From Lama guanicoe (Eukaryota), in the NCBI GenBank assembly GCA_013239625.1, contig MU053513.1, positions 1,910,927 to 1,974,926 on the forward strand: DNA of 64,000 bases, written 5' to 3'. Under the pieces are notes generated by a model, which was not told where the DNA came from, made no database searches, and saw nothing but the letters and a program-made list of their open reading frames with translations. How positions within the stretch are numbered: the first letter of the stretch is position 1; each line of letters opens with the position of its first letter. Positions 1 to 12,837 of the stretch are shown piece after piece. A program made the translations under genes and the position numbers.

Positions 1-1680
1 GGATACCTTTTATTTTTTTCTTGCTTGATGCCATGGCTAGGATTTCCAATACTATGTTAAATAGGAACAGTGACAGAGGGCATCCTTGTAAAATTGACCA
101 TTTTTAAAGTGTAAGTTTTTACTAGCATTAAGTACATTCACATTGTTGGGCAACCATCACTACCTTCCAGCTCCAGAACTCCTTTGATTTTGTAAAACTG
201 AAACTATCCATTAAGCAGTAACGTTCCATTTTCCTCTTCCTCTAGTCCCTGAAAACCACTAATCTGTTTTCTACCTCTGTGAATTTGACTACTCTAGGTA
301 CCAAACGGAAGTGGAATTATGTAGTGTTTGTCCTTGGTTGCTTGTGCTTTTAGAGTCATATATAAGAGACCACTGTCTAATCCAAGGTAACAGGACTTAC
401 AGTTACTTTTCTTCAAAGGTTGTTATAATTTGAGCTCCTACATACTGGTCTTTGATTCATTTTGAGTTCTTTTTTTTTAAATGTGATCCAAAATAGGGGT
501 TCAACTTTCCCTTGCATGTGGCTATCCAGTTGTTTTAGCATCATTTTTTGGAAAGATTATTATTACTCCCCCCCACCATGATATGTCTTGATACCCTTGT
601 TGGAATAATTATCTTTAAATATAGAATCTACAGTTGTATCACTTCTTTGTTTTTTAGTATTAATAATTTATATATTTTTTCCTGATCAGTTTAACAAGAG
701 ATTTATCCATTTTATTGATTTTTCTTAAAGAACCATCTTTTGGCTTATTGATTTTTCTCTTTTTCTGTTTTCAATTTCATTGACTTGTCATTATTTCCTT
801 TCTTTTTTATATGGATTACATTCTTTTTTTCCCCTGGTTTCTTCAGGTGAACGCTGATACTGAGCTGAGTCTCCTGCCACTGCCCCCTTTTTTGGTCTAA
901 TATGTTTGCTGCTGTAAATTTCCCTGTTAAGTACTGGTTTTGTTGCAAGCCACAGATGTTAATATGTTGTGTTTTTATTTTCATTTAGTTCTACTTTTCT
1001 CTAGTTTTTCCCTTCAATTCTCTTTGTCTTTGACTCATAGGATATTTAGAACCATGTTATTTATTTTGAGATATGTGGGAATTTTTGAGATAGACTTTTA
1101 GTATTGATTTCTAATTTTATTCCATCATGGTCACAATTTATATAACTTGAATCTTTTAAAAGTTATTGATTAATTATTCTTTCCAGTCAACCTTTTACAA
1201 ATAACCAAACTTCTTTTAAACTGTTTTTAAACCATTTACATTTGATACAGTTAGTTTAAATCTACTACCTTGCCATTGTTAGAAGTTTTTCCTATATGTC
1301 CTTTGTTTTCTTTTCTCTCTCTGTCTTCTTTTGGGTTGACTGTTTTTTCTTTTTTATATTTTATTTTATTTCCTTTGTTGGCTTATTAACTATCTTTTTA
1401 AAATAGTGTTTACTTTTAGGGTTCATAGTATACATCTTTAACTTAATGCAATGTATCTTGAAATTAGATTATGCAACTTCAGATACAGTATAAGAATCTT
1501 GTATTTCCCCACTTCCTGGTGGTTGTGTTCTTCTCTTTCATTGTTCACTGTCCTACACTGTCTGGTTTCCAGTATCTGAAAAACATTTTCATATATTTTG
1601 TCCAGATTTCTAGTTGTTTTGGATAGGAACATAAATCTCATTTCTGTTACCCTGTCTTGGCCAGAAGTGGAAATTCCTTG
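1..1680 (-). mobile_element. Mosaic of old L1 (L1M-type) fragments, antisense
   Basis: Antisense L1 motifs (ctaggatttccaatactatgttaaatagg...gggcatccttgt; cattaagtacattcacattgttgggcaaccatc); T-rich and degenerate. Confidence 0.75.
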
Positions 1681-1897
1681 GAATGATTTTAGATAAGAAA
1701 GTGACAGAAAATGTGCATTTTTGATCCGTCTCTAGAACATGCATTTGTAAGGGACAAGACTTAAAGTAGAGGGACCAATTACAAGGCAGGTGGGTTAATT
1801 CAAGTGAGAGATGGTGAAGGCCTTAAAGTTGATCATTGATGATGATGCTAGACAGGTGGGGAACAGTTTGAGCAATATGTAGGTTTACAGACTCATG

Positions 1898-2265
1898 CAG
1901 GGTTTCTAAAAGAATGGGTCATGAGCTATTTACATCTGAATTACTTGTAGTGTTTGATAAAATGAGGATTCTGTGCCCTGCCCCAACTTATTGAATCTGA
2001 ATTTCTAAGGATGTGCTTTAGAAATTTGCATTTTAAACAAGTCCCTAGGATAATACTTAGAAACACTAAAGTTTTGGAAGAAAGTGATAGATTTTTTTTT
2101 CCAAAATATGATCCTCATTTTTTTGGGAACCTCTAATTTGGAATGACCTGAAGTGGTTAATTAAAAATAAAGATGCATGCATGCATGTCCAGAACTACTG
2201 AATCTGAATTTCTGGGGCAGTTGATTCCAGGAATTTCTTACGTACATTAAAGTTTGAAAACCAAT
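1898..2265. mobile_element. MER5-family (hAT-Charlie) fragments
   Basis: tgaatctgaatttct...tttgcattttaaacaagtccc...aaagtttgaaaacc motifs, present twice. Confidence 0.6.
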
Positions 2266-2289
2266 AAGCTACAGTTACTTCACAGACAT

Positions 2290-2440
2290 AATCTCACTGA
2301 ACTTCACAATAACCCTGAGAAGTAGTAGGCACGTATTATGTCTCCTCTTACTTTATAGATGAAGAAACGAAGCATCGAAGTGCAAAATGGTTTGCTCATT
2401 GTCAAAGGAGGCATCTCCTTCCACCAAATCTGATGCTCTT
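2290..2440 (-). mobile_element. MIR fragment
   Basis: cacaataaccctgagaagtag...tttatagatgaagaaacgaag resembles the MIR core in reverse. Confidence 0.6.
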
Positions 2441-3846
2441 TCTACTTCCTTTCTGTTGACTGTGAAATAGGCATATCTCTAAAATCTTTAGTAGGAGTCA
2501 TCCAAGGCATTGGACCTGTGGTTCCAAACAATTTAGGGGGCCAGGAAAGTGTGTTGTTCTTTGGTCATACTTTGTACCAAGTGAAAATTCAGTTCATCTC
2601 TCTAGCAAGTAATTGTGATAAGCTTAATTGTCTAAGAAAGGTGTTTTTTGTCTTTGACCATTATCTTGATGCTTTTTATAACCAGCTTTGAATTTTCTCT
2701 CTGTTTTCTTTTAAAATCATTTAAAGATAGAGTGCACGTTTGGTATTTCCACTCATGACAACTGAAGAATTGGGTATATAGTATAACCTTAGTTCTCAGT
2801 TTTTCCCCAAGGTCTTATAAAACTGAAAGAAGAAATTTCAGTGTCTAATAATTTAGGCTGCATGTAGCTTAGATGTCACAGTTTTGTAGTAAGTTGTTTG
2901 GCTTATAACTTTGCTTTATCACTAGAACTGGTAATATTTTCTCATGAGATTTTCTGTAGTCTTTTGAGGTGATTTCATATGTGCCATGAATCTGAGATCC
3001 TATAATCTTTTTAACACAGTAGTACTAGTGTTAGACTGCAAATAGTAGAAAAAGTAATTCTTTTCAGTCAGGATTGGTTTTTGGATTTGCTTTTGGAATA
3101 CTTGAATAGTCAATGAATTTTGTTAGTACGTGAAAACAAGCAAAGCTCTGTGGCAAGGAATAAATAAGGTCTTAGGAATGGGGTTTAAATAATTTGTTTT
3201 CTGTTTTGTATGCTTTTTAAAAGACAGAATAGCTAAGTTTTTTAAACTTATGGAAGTAAGTTCTATGTTTAAATAGTTCAAATTTAAAAACTATTGTAGC
3301 TTGCCAAAATTCTAAGTAGTGTATCTGCTCCAGAAAGCACATAACATTTGTGCAGAATCTTAAATTTGAAATGTATATGAGTGAAATGAAGAATGCAATT
3401 TAGGGAATATAAGAGTTTTGGCTGGTGTAACTCCTTGCTAGTTACAAGAGAGTTTATATCAACTTTTAAGTTTGGGAATACTTACATTTGTGTTAATTTT
3501 TCATAGCATTACTTTTTTAACATTTGAAATCAAATGCATAGAGAATTAAGTGTTTGAGGATAGGTATCAGTGTTTCTGAATCACAGTCTACTTTATTGTG
3601 TTTTTTCTCCAATGAAAAAAACTGAGATATAATTAACATATTTGTTTTCTACTGTATTGTTAGTGAAACTTCACTGAGAACATCTGCAGGTTGACAATAC
3701 CAGTAACAAATTTTATCCACAAAGCAGGTGTAAGGCTATCTGTATTTTCTATGTAGATTTTTACTTCTTTTTATTATACAGGAATTTGGAGTGGTATACC
3801 ATGTTGCATCATTTTAGAATGTCATTGATAGCTTTCTTTTTTGATA

Positions 3847-3881
<35 letters not shown>

Positions 3882-3886
3882 TGTAT
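3847..3886. repeat. (GT)n microsatellite
   Basis: 14 perfect GT units followed by imperfect units. Confidence 0.95.
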
Positions 3887-4608
3887 GAATATTTTTTAGC
3901 TTATTTTTCCACTAATAAATGGGTAGAAGTGACTTAAAGTTTTACATGGTGCTTTTGTCATCATTGTAAGCACATCATTATGTTTCTCAGACTCATACTC
4001 TGTAACCAAGTATATGTTTTAAGAAGCTTACTTTTAAGGAACATTTTTTACAGCTACGTCTTGATTTAGTTGGTCATAATTCACTTTCTATTTGCATTAA
4101 AATAACATAGACAAATTAGTCACAGGGATAATCTAACAAGATAAAGCTATTACTTTAAAGGACATCGAATGTTTTAAAGTCATATTTAGGGGAAAATCAT
4201 GATTTTTTTTTACTGCATTCTTAAGCTTTATAGATTTATTCCCTAATATTACCATAAAACAAAGAAAGTACTTCTCTAATTAATGTCTGAGAAATTACAG
4301 GCTTCTGGAAAATGAGATATATACATTGGAAAAGGAATCTAAGGAGCTCTAAAATTTGTTAAGAATTTTAATTTAGAGTTGAATTTTGAAATATTTTATA
4401 TGAGGACCCTGAGAAGCCTTTGTAAGAGTGTTAACAACTTGTGTTAAATCTGTTGAAAATAACATTTTGTAGCTAAATGTAAGGAATTATTTGTGAAGTT
4501 TCTTAGAAAATACAGTGTGCTGTGTGTTAAGAAATATTATCAGTTTTATCCACAAATCTGTAAATAGTAACACATCCGTAGTGACTATATTGTGGTTTCC
4601 CTTCACAG

Positions 4609-4741
4609 ATACCAAGTTGTGCTAGTACAACCATATAAATAATTAATACCTGAAGTCTCAATGTCACATGGACATTAACAGTGATGACAGATAAATGCAG
4701 ACGCTTGGGAATCAAATACTAGGCGAAACACTTTAAAAAAG
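4609..4741 (+). other. ZZZ3: Probable non-coding 5'UTR exon (133 nt)
   Basis: Acceptor ggtttcccttcacag| and donor AAG|gtaaga; non-repetitive sequence upstream of the first coding exon. Confidence 0.7.
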
Positions 4742-6242
4742 GTAAGAAAAAAATGTAATCTTAATTAAGGCCAAGCGGGCTTTAGTTAGTGGAAGTAATT
4801 GAAGTTTCTTTTTAAGTGTATTAGGCTTTTAAGAAACACATCTGCATGATCCTGTTTATCTTCATATTGGTAGGACTCAGCTGTAAGTATCGGTTCTTCT
4901 GTAAAAATAGCAGTTGCAGATCTCCTTGTCTGGCAGATACCATAATGGGTGATGTTCCTCTAGTAAATAGGATAGTCATATGACTGTCTGGAACTCGATA
5001 GAGTGCTGGAATGGGCATGCCCGTGAATACTCAGAGACACATCCAAAATTGTGGATCCTCTCTGGCTCTGATGATTGCCGCCACCACCACACACTATAGA
5101 CTGTAATGTTTTACCATGTTTGTGAAAGGATTTTGGGATTGAGTATAAAGGAGTTGGCAGTTGAAATCCTTGTTACAAGAAAAGTGAAATTTCAAGTCAA
5201 GTTACTTTTTTATAGAACCATGTTTTACTGCGCACCCTTCTCATGTTAATTTACAACATTTTTTAATGTGGGATTAAATGATTTTTTTAGACAATTTTCC
5301 TACTTGTGCTTTTGAGAATTTACTAGACATATCTGGGGAAGATTGCATCTATAGATACTAGATATTAGCCCCTCTGGTTGACTAAAACTAGGCAGTAAAT
5401 CTAGTTTACAAAGCTTTGATAATTGCATCAGTTTTAAATGGCAGTCCTTTACCAAAAATAGTGTCACTTTTAGAATATCTAGTTTTATGTTTATGTGACA
5501 GTTTCTGACACAAACATTGCTAGTCTTTTTCCTAGTGTTCCTCCTTATTTCCAAATAGGAACTCATAATAACCCATTTAGCCAGGTTCTCTGAAAAGGAT
5601 ATCATAATGCATTACTATAAAGTAAAACTGTGATTAACTAGACTGTCCAAGAAATGCATTGTATTTAGATTAACCCCCTAAAATATCTAGCCAACTGGAT
5701 ACTAAAACCAGAAAATCCTCATTTTTGTCCTCGTTGAAAATCCATATGCCCAAAATAATAGGAATTTCCCTTTATGATAGAATCTTGTAGCACTTTACCA
5801 TCAAAGTTATCATGTAGATATAGAAGACTTGGTTTATGCTTTGGGGTGCATAACCTAAATTATTTTTGTTGTCAGTCTCCAGTTTTGCATTCTTGAAAGC
5901 CAAAATTTGGGAAGGCCTCTAGAATAAGAGTAAGAGATTATAAATTCTGTATGAGAAATCTTATTGAGGGCAGTCTTGGGGTCACCTCAAAACAATATTG
6001 CCTTAGACTCTAGAAAAGAACTGAGTCACATTTTGACTCAAAATAATATTGAGTTGTTGTAAGGATTTAATATATTTCAAGCTATTTTTGGTTTGTTTTT
6101 GTTGGTTTCTAAAAATTCTTTTCCAGTTTCTCTGAGGCTACAAGCTACAAAGTTAACAAGAATTATCAAAGATGTTGCTAAAATCTATTAGCATAAGTTA
6201 ATTTGCTTCTTTAATTCTGTTTTTTATTATTTTATTTTAAAG

Positions 6243-6396
6243 AAAGGAATTTAGGAAGTTCTAGTATTCTCCATGGCTGAAGCTGAGAGTCTGAAACCCT
6301 GATGCTTAAGCTCTATTCTAGATCATAGCTCCAACTCCTTCAGGATATAAGGAAAAGAGATAATATTTCCACAATGATAGATCTTTGGTTGTACAG
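6243..6396 (+). other. ZZZ3: Probable non-coding 5'UTR exon (154 nt)
   Basis: Long T-rich tract ending ttttattttaaag| and consensus donor CAG|gtaagt. Confidence 0.8.
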
Positions 6397-6782
6397 GTAA
6401 GTTATTTAGTTTTGCAGTAGTGAAGACAACTATAGTTCATTTGTTTGTTTGCTTGTATTTGAGGAGAGGACGCTTGTTATTTTTCTATACTTCCTTCTGT
6501 GTGTGGAAAATTGTGCAGTCTGGCTAGCAGTTTGTAGGAATTTGGAGCTATAGGGGATGGGTTATGAATGAGATAATTTCCCACTCTTTTCCCAACAGGG
6601 GATAAATGAAGTGACTATGTGCTTTGGAATCTCTGGAGCATTATATCTATCTTTGACATAGGTAGATATGGGTAGATATGTGTAGGTACTTTTTAATTCA
6701 AGGGCATTATGAAATTCCTAGACTTTTCTTTCTCCTCATTCATTCAGCTTTATCTGTATCTGTGTTTGTCTCTCTGTCTCTG

Positions 6783-6836
6783 TCAGTCTATCAGTCAGTC
6801 AGTCAGTCAGTCAATCAATCAATCAATCAGTCAATC
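6783..6836. repeat. Compound (TCAG)n(TCAA)n microsatellite
   Basis: tcagtcagtcagtcagtcagtcaatcaatcaatcaatc seen directly. Confidence 0.9.
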
Positions 6837-8581
6837 GTATATCTGACTCTCTTAATGGGGAAGAAAGAAGCAATGCCTTTATACAAGACAGTACATGATA
6901 AGAGTTCCCAGGCTTCAAAGAGGCTAATATTAAGTTGAATTGTGTAAATGGCTCCCGGGTTTCACTCTCCTTCTTTTTAAACTTTATACTTTTAACCTTA
7001 TAGATAATAGTGATAATTGCTCAACTGAAGAAATTTGTCTTAAAAGATTTGTATGACAAAGATAGTCTCTGAACTATTTTTAAACAGTTCATGTTTATGT
7101 TGTAGACAAATAGGAAAAGAATCATCGGTAACGCTTCTGAATTGCTCTTATTCTTTTTGGCTTTCACTTTGGTTTGTGTACATGTTATTACGACCAGTTT
7201 CCTAAAAATTATTCACTTAATATAACTAAATGTTATGCTAATAAATACCAGCTATGACATTGATGGATTGTCAGTCCCTCAGTTCCCAACGTAAACCATC
7301 CTGCTTTGGTGATTGCAGTGGAACCAAAGCTTACAGGCAGTGTCTTTGAAATATCTTTCGACATTTTTTTCTTTCAAGTAAAGGTGATAGCTGGAGTAGC
7401 GTTTCATCAGGTGGATCATTTTAGTTTAATGCTCATTATTCCTTTCAGTTCTTACTGATACAGTTCTGCAGATGTTGTCACAGGGGCTGGAAATTTATGA
7501 TCTGAAACATAGCTGATAGTGTTTTGAAGAGTGTTTCAGAATCCTTTAGATAGATCTGAGGTAAAAGTAGACTCAAATTTGGGAGAGGGTAGTTCAACAG
7601 CAAGTAAATGGGTGAGATATGTGGGATTATAGATAGGATTTGGGGCTTAATGTGAATGGACAGGCTAAAATTTGGTTGACTGTCCTTCTCAGATATGCCC
7701 TCTAATAATATGAAAACTTTTGAGGGTAGGGGAGAGAGGAATTCTAGCATTTGATTATATTCTCTTCCCTTTATTCTAGAAAGTGCTATCTATTCATTAG
7801 TTGGTGGATAACATACAGGAAAAGCTTCATTCTAGTTGCTAGATTGGATTTTGCCCATATGAATCTGTTAGTTAACAGTTTCCCTTAACTCTACAACTAG
7901 AGTGATTGAATTTCCAGTTCCAGTTGTGTGCTGGCTAATGTCTTCTCCATGTTGACTAGTTAATTAGCAGGGGTATTTTCTGAGATACTTAGTTTATAAA
8001 CAAGTTTCTTTCTGTTCCTTTAGCAACTTAATTTTTGGCAGAAATACAATTTTGTGCTCCAGATCTCTTTCAGTAACTCTTGTGCTAATGTAGCTAAAAT
8101 GAGGAAGACAACTGCTTTGGGCTGTGCCTTGCAAGGTCTGGCCAAGCCTGTTGAGATTTGGTTGATATAATCAGGACATTGTTAGTCTCTTTTTGGTAAT
8201 TGAATTTTGCATTCAGCTTATCAGATAACTACAGAAAATATGTGTCTTTATAAATGCTTATCCAAAAATAGAAAAGATAGGAAGAAAAGAGTAGAACAGA
8301 AGAAATAATTATCAGAGGGAAGTGTTAAAATTTCATCTAACTCTAATCTTCATAATTTTAGGCAATTTATTGCCTTAGTATATGTAATAAGTTAATTTCA
8401 GGCAGGAGATTTTTATAGTCCTCTTTGGTGCTTCCTCAGCCAAAGGGATCATGGTTTTATTTATAAATTTTTTAGTATTAGGATCAAATAAAGAATTAAA
8501 GGGTATGTTATAAATAGGTCTTATTTAGTTTGAAACTTGATTTATTTTAACAGAATACAGTTTCCATGCAGTGGTCTAAGG

Positions 8582-8725
8582 CAGCACTTCTCAAACCTTA
8601 GTAGGCATTCAGTGACCCAGGGAATCTGATGAACTGGTAGGTCAGGGTAGGGCCTGATGCATTCTGCGTTCCTAACAAGCTTCCAGTAGGTGCCCATGGT
8701 GCTAGTTCTTGGACCACACTTGGAG
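8582..8725. mobile_element. MER5A-like DNA transposon
   Basis: cagcacttctcaaacct...ctgcgttcctaacaagcttccag...ggaccacacttggag. Confidence 0.65.
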
Positions 8726-10897
8726 TTGCAAGAGTTTGAGGTACCACAGAAATTCTTGTCACAAAACAGTTTCACTTTAGGTAGGGCCTAATAGCATAGA
8801 ATTTGAGAACTCTAAAACTTGGGCTTCACTGTAGTTACTGAACAGAATAAAAAAATTTTTAAGGGGCAAAAGAAATGAAAAAAGTTTTAATATTTCATAT
8901 TGATCAGTTTTTGATCACTGGTGGTGTTTTATAATGATATGAATATGTTTTTTGTATGTTCTATAATATTGAAATCTATATATATATTCTTTGTGAGTAG
9001 TTTTGGGTGCTACTAATAGTTTTATTTTATTAATAATAATGAGGCAGAAATTTCTCTTATTTGAATTGGTGTGGAAAGAAAAGGGCTAGGAACGCCTGTT
9101 AATTGGAATCATTTGAAGTTTATAAGCCCTTGATCGGCATCATATTTTAAAAAGTAAAGCAAACAGTTTTATAAGGATGTGTGATTATAAAATATTACTA
9201 TTGCCAGTAATGTTTTTAAACCAGAAATCATGATGAATATAATCAGATTTGCATTGAAGATATATGTTTGCATTAGATTTTATAAGTAAAATTTATTTAT
9301 AAAATTAACTTACGTTTTCTTTGTTACATTTATATAGATATTTAATTTTTAAAAATCTGTAATCTTCAAATTTGAAAGCTCCAGATTTGGGTGCAAGAAA
9401 CAGATAAATTGATTTTAATAATTTTTTTAGTTTGTGCTCTTTTGAAAACTTAAAATTTTGTAATTAAAAGTGATATTTGTGGGTCATTCAGTGTTTATTA
9501 CCTGCACATAAAAAGAGACAGAATGTAATCTTAATAACAAGATTTTAACAAAGGAGAATTACATGTCAGATCTCGCTAATGAGTCCTGGAACAGTGAAAG
9601 TTTACTTGGAAAAACATATTTCTAAGTTCTGTTCAGTATTTTATGCTTACTGTTCACATGATTGCTGTGGAATTCTCTAGAACAAATTTTCATTCTTTAA
9701 TTCCAGGGCTGATTTTGTGAGTCTTGTAAGATTTAAAACAAATTGTTAATTAAAAATTTGAAAGTGTGTTATACTCTGAAAGTAAATTCAACCAACTTAA
9801 CTTATTTTATAGGATACTTTTCTCAATTCATTTTGTCAGCAGGTAGGAACAGGAAGACAATTTCTTTTAATGTTTCTTTTTTTGTATGTGGAGCATGTTG
9901 CTGTATCTTCTGTAGTTCTTCATAATCTTTCCAACTGTTGGATACTTCTAGTTGAAGCAGAAGAGATTGTACTTGATTTGTGGGGGAAGGGGTCAGTGGC
10001 ATTTGGAGGGTTATAGGAGGTGGGACTTTGGGAAGGATGGCAAAAGGAAGGAGGGGAGAGGGTACTGTACAGTTTTATGCTACAAACATTATTAGCCTCT
10101 TTGTCCATCCTACACCCCATTGTAAGTTAGGCAGTGAAGTGGCAAAGTATCCTTTGGAAGCTAAACAGAAGAGGAGCAGGAGAATTGAGTCTTGATATCT
10201 TAACACCCCTTTATTCTACTTGATGGGAGAGCCTTTGGAAAACAATCACTGAACCAGTTTATCCAGATGGATCAGTCAGGACATTTTTCAATTTCTCTCT
10301 CATTTGTATCATAGAAACACCAAAACATCCACACCAGACAACCTGCTCATCTCCCTAACATGCATTAGTACTGTGGCATCCACACACACTCAGTAGCTTG
10401 AAGATGGAAAGGATGGGGTTCCGTGTGTATTCCCCATTTCTTAAGTGTGATATTTGCTCGGTGGGGGAGCTTTCTCTTTTTCTTCTGTCCTCTTTAGAAT
10501 ATTTCCTTTCACTTCGTAGTTTATAGCTCTACTTTTAGAGACCAGGGTGACTTGGCTTTGCTCTGTTTTGCTCTTAGCAGGTGCAAGCTGGGGTTGTGAT
10601 TTCTACCCATCTGCTTAATTATAAATAATTCTGTAGCCAGCATTTTTTTGGTGCCATGTAGTTTATTATCAAAGGATTTGATCTGACTCATCTTAGTAAG
10701 AGTGAATTAAAAGGAGAAGAGCCCGTCTTTTTAACCTCCCAGAAATGTTCTGAGAATACGTGAGAAGTGATTGGGGTAGTTTTTGTGATAGCTGCTATAT
10801 AAATTCAAGATGATTGTTTTAATAACCAAGATGAAATCCTGTCTTTTGAAAGAGGTCTTTCTGGGCCCTTTGCCTCTGTGTAACTGAGAGGCAAACA

Positions 10898-11125
10898 CAC
10901 AGTGAGGCAGGTTAAGAGCATAGAATCTAGAGCCCAGCCCTGTACTTTACTAGCTGTGTGGCTTTGGACAGATTACTTAGACTGTTAGCACCTCAGTCTC
11001 CTCATTTATGAAGTAGGAATGATAATAGCCTATTCTAAATGTCATTAGACTTAAGCAAGTTAATGTATGTAAAGCATACAGAATGATTCCTGAGACATGT
11101 TAAGTGCCATGTAATTAATTGTTAG
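10898..11125 (+). mobile_element. MIR
   Basis: ggttaagagcatag...ttactagctgtgtggctttggacagattactt...cctcagtctcctcattt MIR core. Confidence 0.75.
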
Positions 11126-11332
11126 CTTATTATCACTTTTGGAAATGTTAATAAAAGAAATTATATCACATAATTTATTAATATTGGCTATACAGTGGAT
11201 TAAAAAGTTATAGCTTAATATTTTTGTTTTAGGTATATTAACTATTACCTTTTTCTCATTATTTTGTTTACGTTTTTGAAGGTTTCCCAATGAGTGGATC
11301 ATGATGACCGTATTGTAGGGACTTGCCATAGT

Positions 11333-12837
11333 ATGGCTGCTTCCCGATCTACTCGTGTTACAAGATCAACAGTGGGGTTAAACGGCTTGGATGAATCTTT
11401 TTGTGGTAGAACTTTAAGGAATCGTAGCATTGCTCATCCTGAAGAAATCTCTGCTCATTCTCAAGTGCGTTCAAGATCACCAAAGAAGAGACCAGAGCCT
11501 GTGCAAATTCAGAAAGGAAATAATAATGGAAGAACTACTGATATAAAACAGCAAAGTACTCGAGAATCATGGGTAAGCCCTAGGAAAAGAGGACTTCCTT
11601 CTTCAGAAAAAGATAACATAGAGAGGCAGGCTGTAGAGAATTGTGAGAGAAGGCAAACAGAACCTGTTTCACCAGTTTTAAAAAGAATTAAGCGTTGTCT
11701 TAGATCTGAAGCACCAAACAGTTCAGAAGAAGATTCACCTATAAAATCAGACAAGGAGTCAGTAGAACAGAGGAGTACAGTAGTGGACAATGATGCAGAT
11801 TTTCAAGGGACTAAACGAGCTTGTCGATGTCTTATACTGGATGATTGTGAGAAAAGGGAAATTAAAAAGGTGAATGTCAGTGAGGAAGGGCCACTTAATT
11901 CTACAGTAGTTGAAGAAATCACAGGCTATTTGGCTGTCAATGGTGTTGATGTCAGTGATTCAGCTGTTATAAACTGTGGTGACTGTCAGCCCGATGGGAA
12001 CACTAAACAAAATAGCACTGGTTCCTATGTGTTGCAGGAAAAATCAGTAGCTGAAAATGGGGGTTCGGATACCCACACTTCAATGTTCCTTGATAGTAGG
12101 AAGGAGGACAGTTATATAGACCATAACGTGCCTTGCACACATTCAGAAGTGCAGGTCAAGTTGGAGGACCACAAAATAGTAACTGCCTGCCTGCCTGCGG
12201 AACGTGTTAACGAGCTGACTGCTGAGCCAGCTGCAGGCCCCCTTTCTGAAATCCATTCATCTTTAAGGGATTCTGAGGAGGAAGTAGATGTGGTGGGAGA
12301 TAGCAGTGCCTCAAAAGAGCAGTGTAATGAAAACACCAGTAACGCCCTGGACTCAAGTCTTGAGAGCATGCCCGTGTCCGGAGAACCGGAGCCATCTTCT
12401 GTCCTAGACTGTGTTTCGGCTCACATGACGTCTGTGTCAGAACCGCAAGAGCACCGGTACACTCTGAGAGCTTCGCCACGGAGGGCAGCCCCTCCCAGAG
12501 GCAGCCCCACGAAAACCAGTTCTCCTTGCAGAGAAAACGGACAGTTTGAGGAGACGAATCTTAACCCCAGTGAAACAAAGGCAACTGTTAGTGATACCAT
12601 AAGTGAGTCTCTCTCAAATCCTGATGAAATTTCTCAGAATGAAAAAGGGATATGTTGTGACTCTGAAAATTCTGGGAGTGAAGGACTAAGTAAACCATCA
12701 TCAGAGGCAAGACTCAGTACTGGACATTTGCCATCCGCCAAAGAGAGTGCCAATCCACACATTACAGAAGAGGAAGATGATGATCCCGATGTTTATTACT
12801 TTGAATCAGATCATGTGGCACTGAAACACAACAAAGA
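11333..12837 (+). CDS. ZZZ3: ZZZ3 coding exon 1 (exon starts at 11282, 1556 nt); disordered S/E/D-rich N-terminal half, codons 1-501
   Basis: Long ORF; ATG at 11333 in strong context (agtATGg); acceptor tttttgaag| at 11281; donor GA|gtatgt at 12838 (phase 2). Confidence 0.97.

Noticed and set aside
11294..11332. N-terminal extension from the GTG start in the ORF track
   Set aside because: Non-AUG codon with T at -3 directly after an in-frame TGA; the ATG at 11333 has strong context and gives the expected 903 aa
11509..12479. Antisense ORFs of 85-93 aa over the large exon
   Set aside because: Shadow ORFs opposite a real coding exon, with no recognisable motifs
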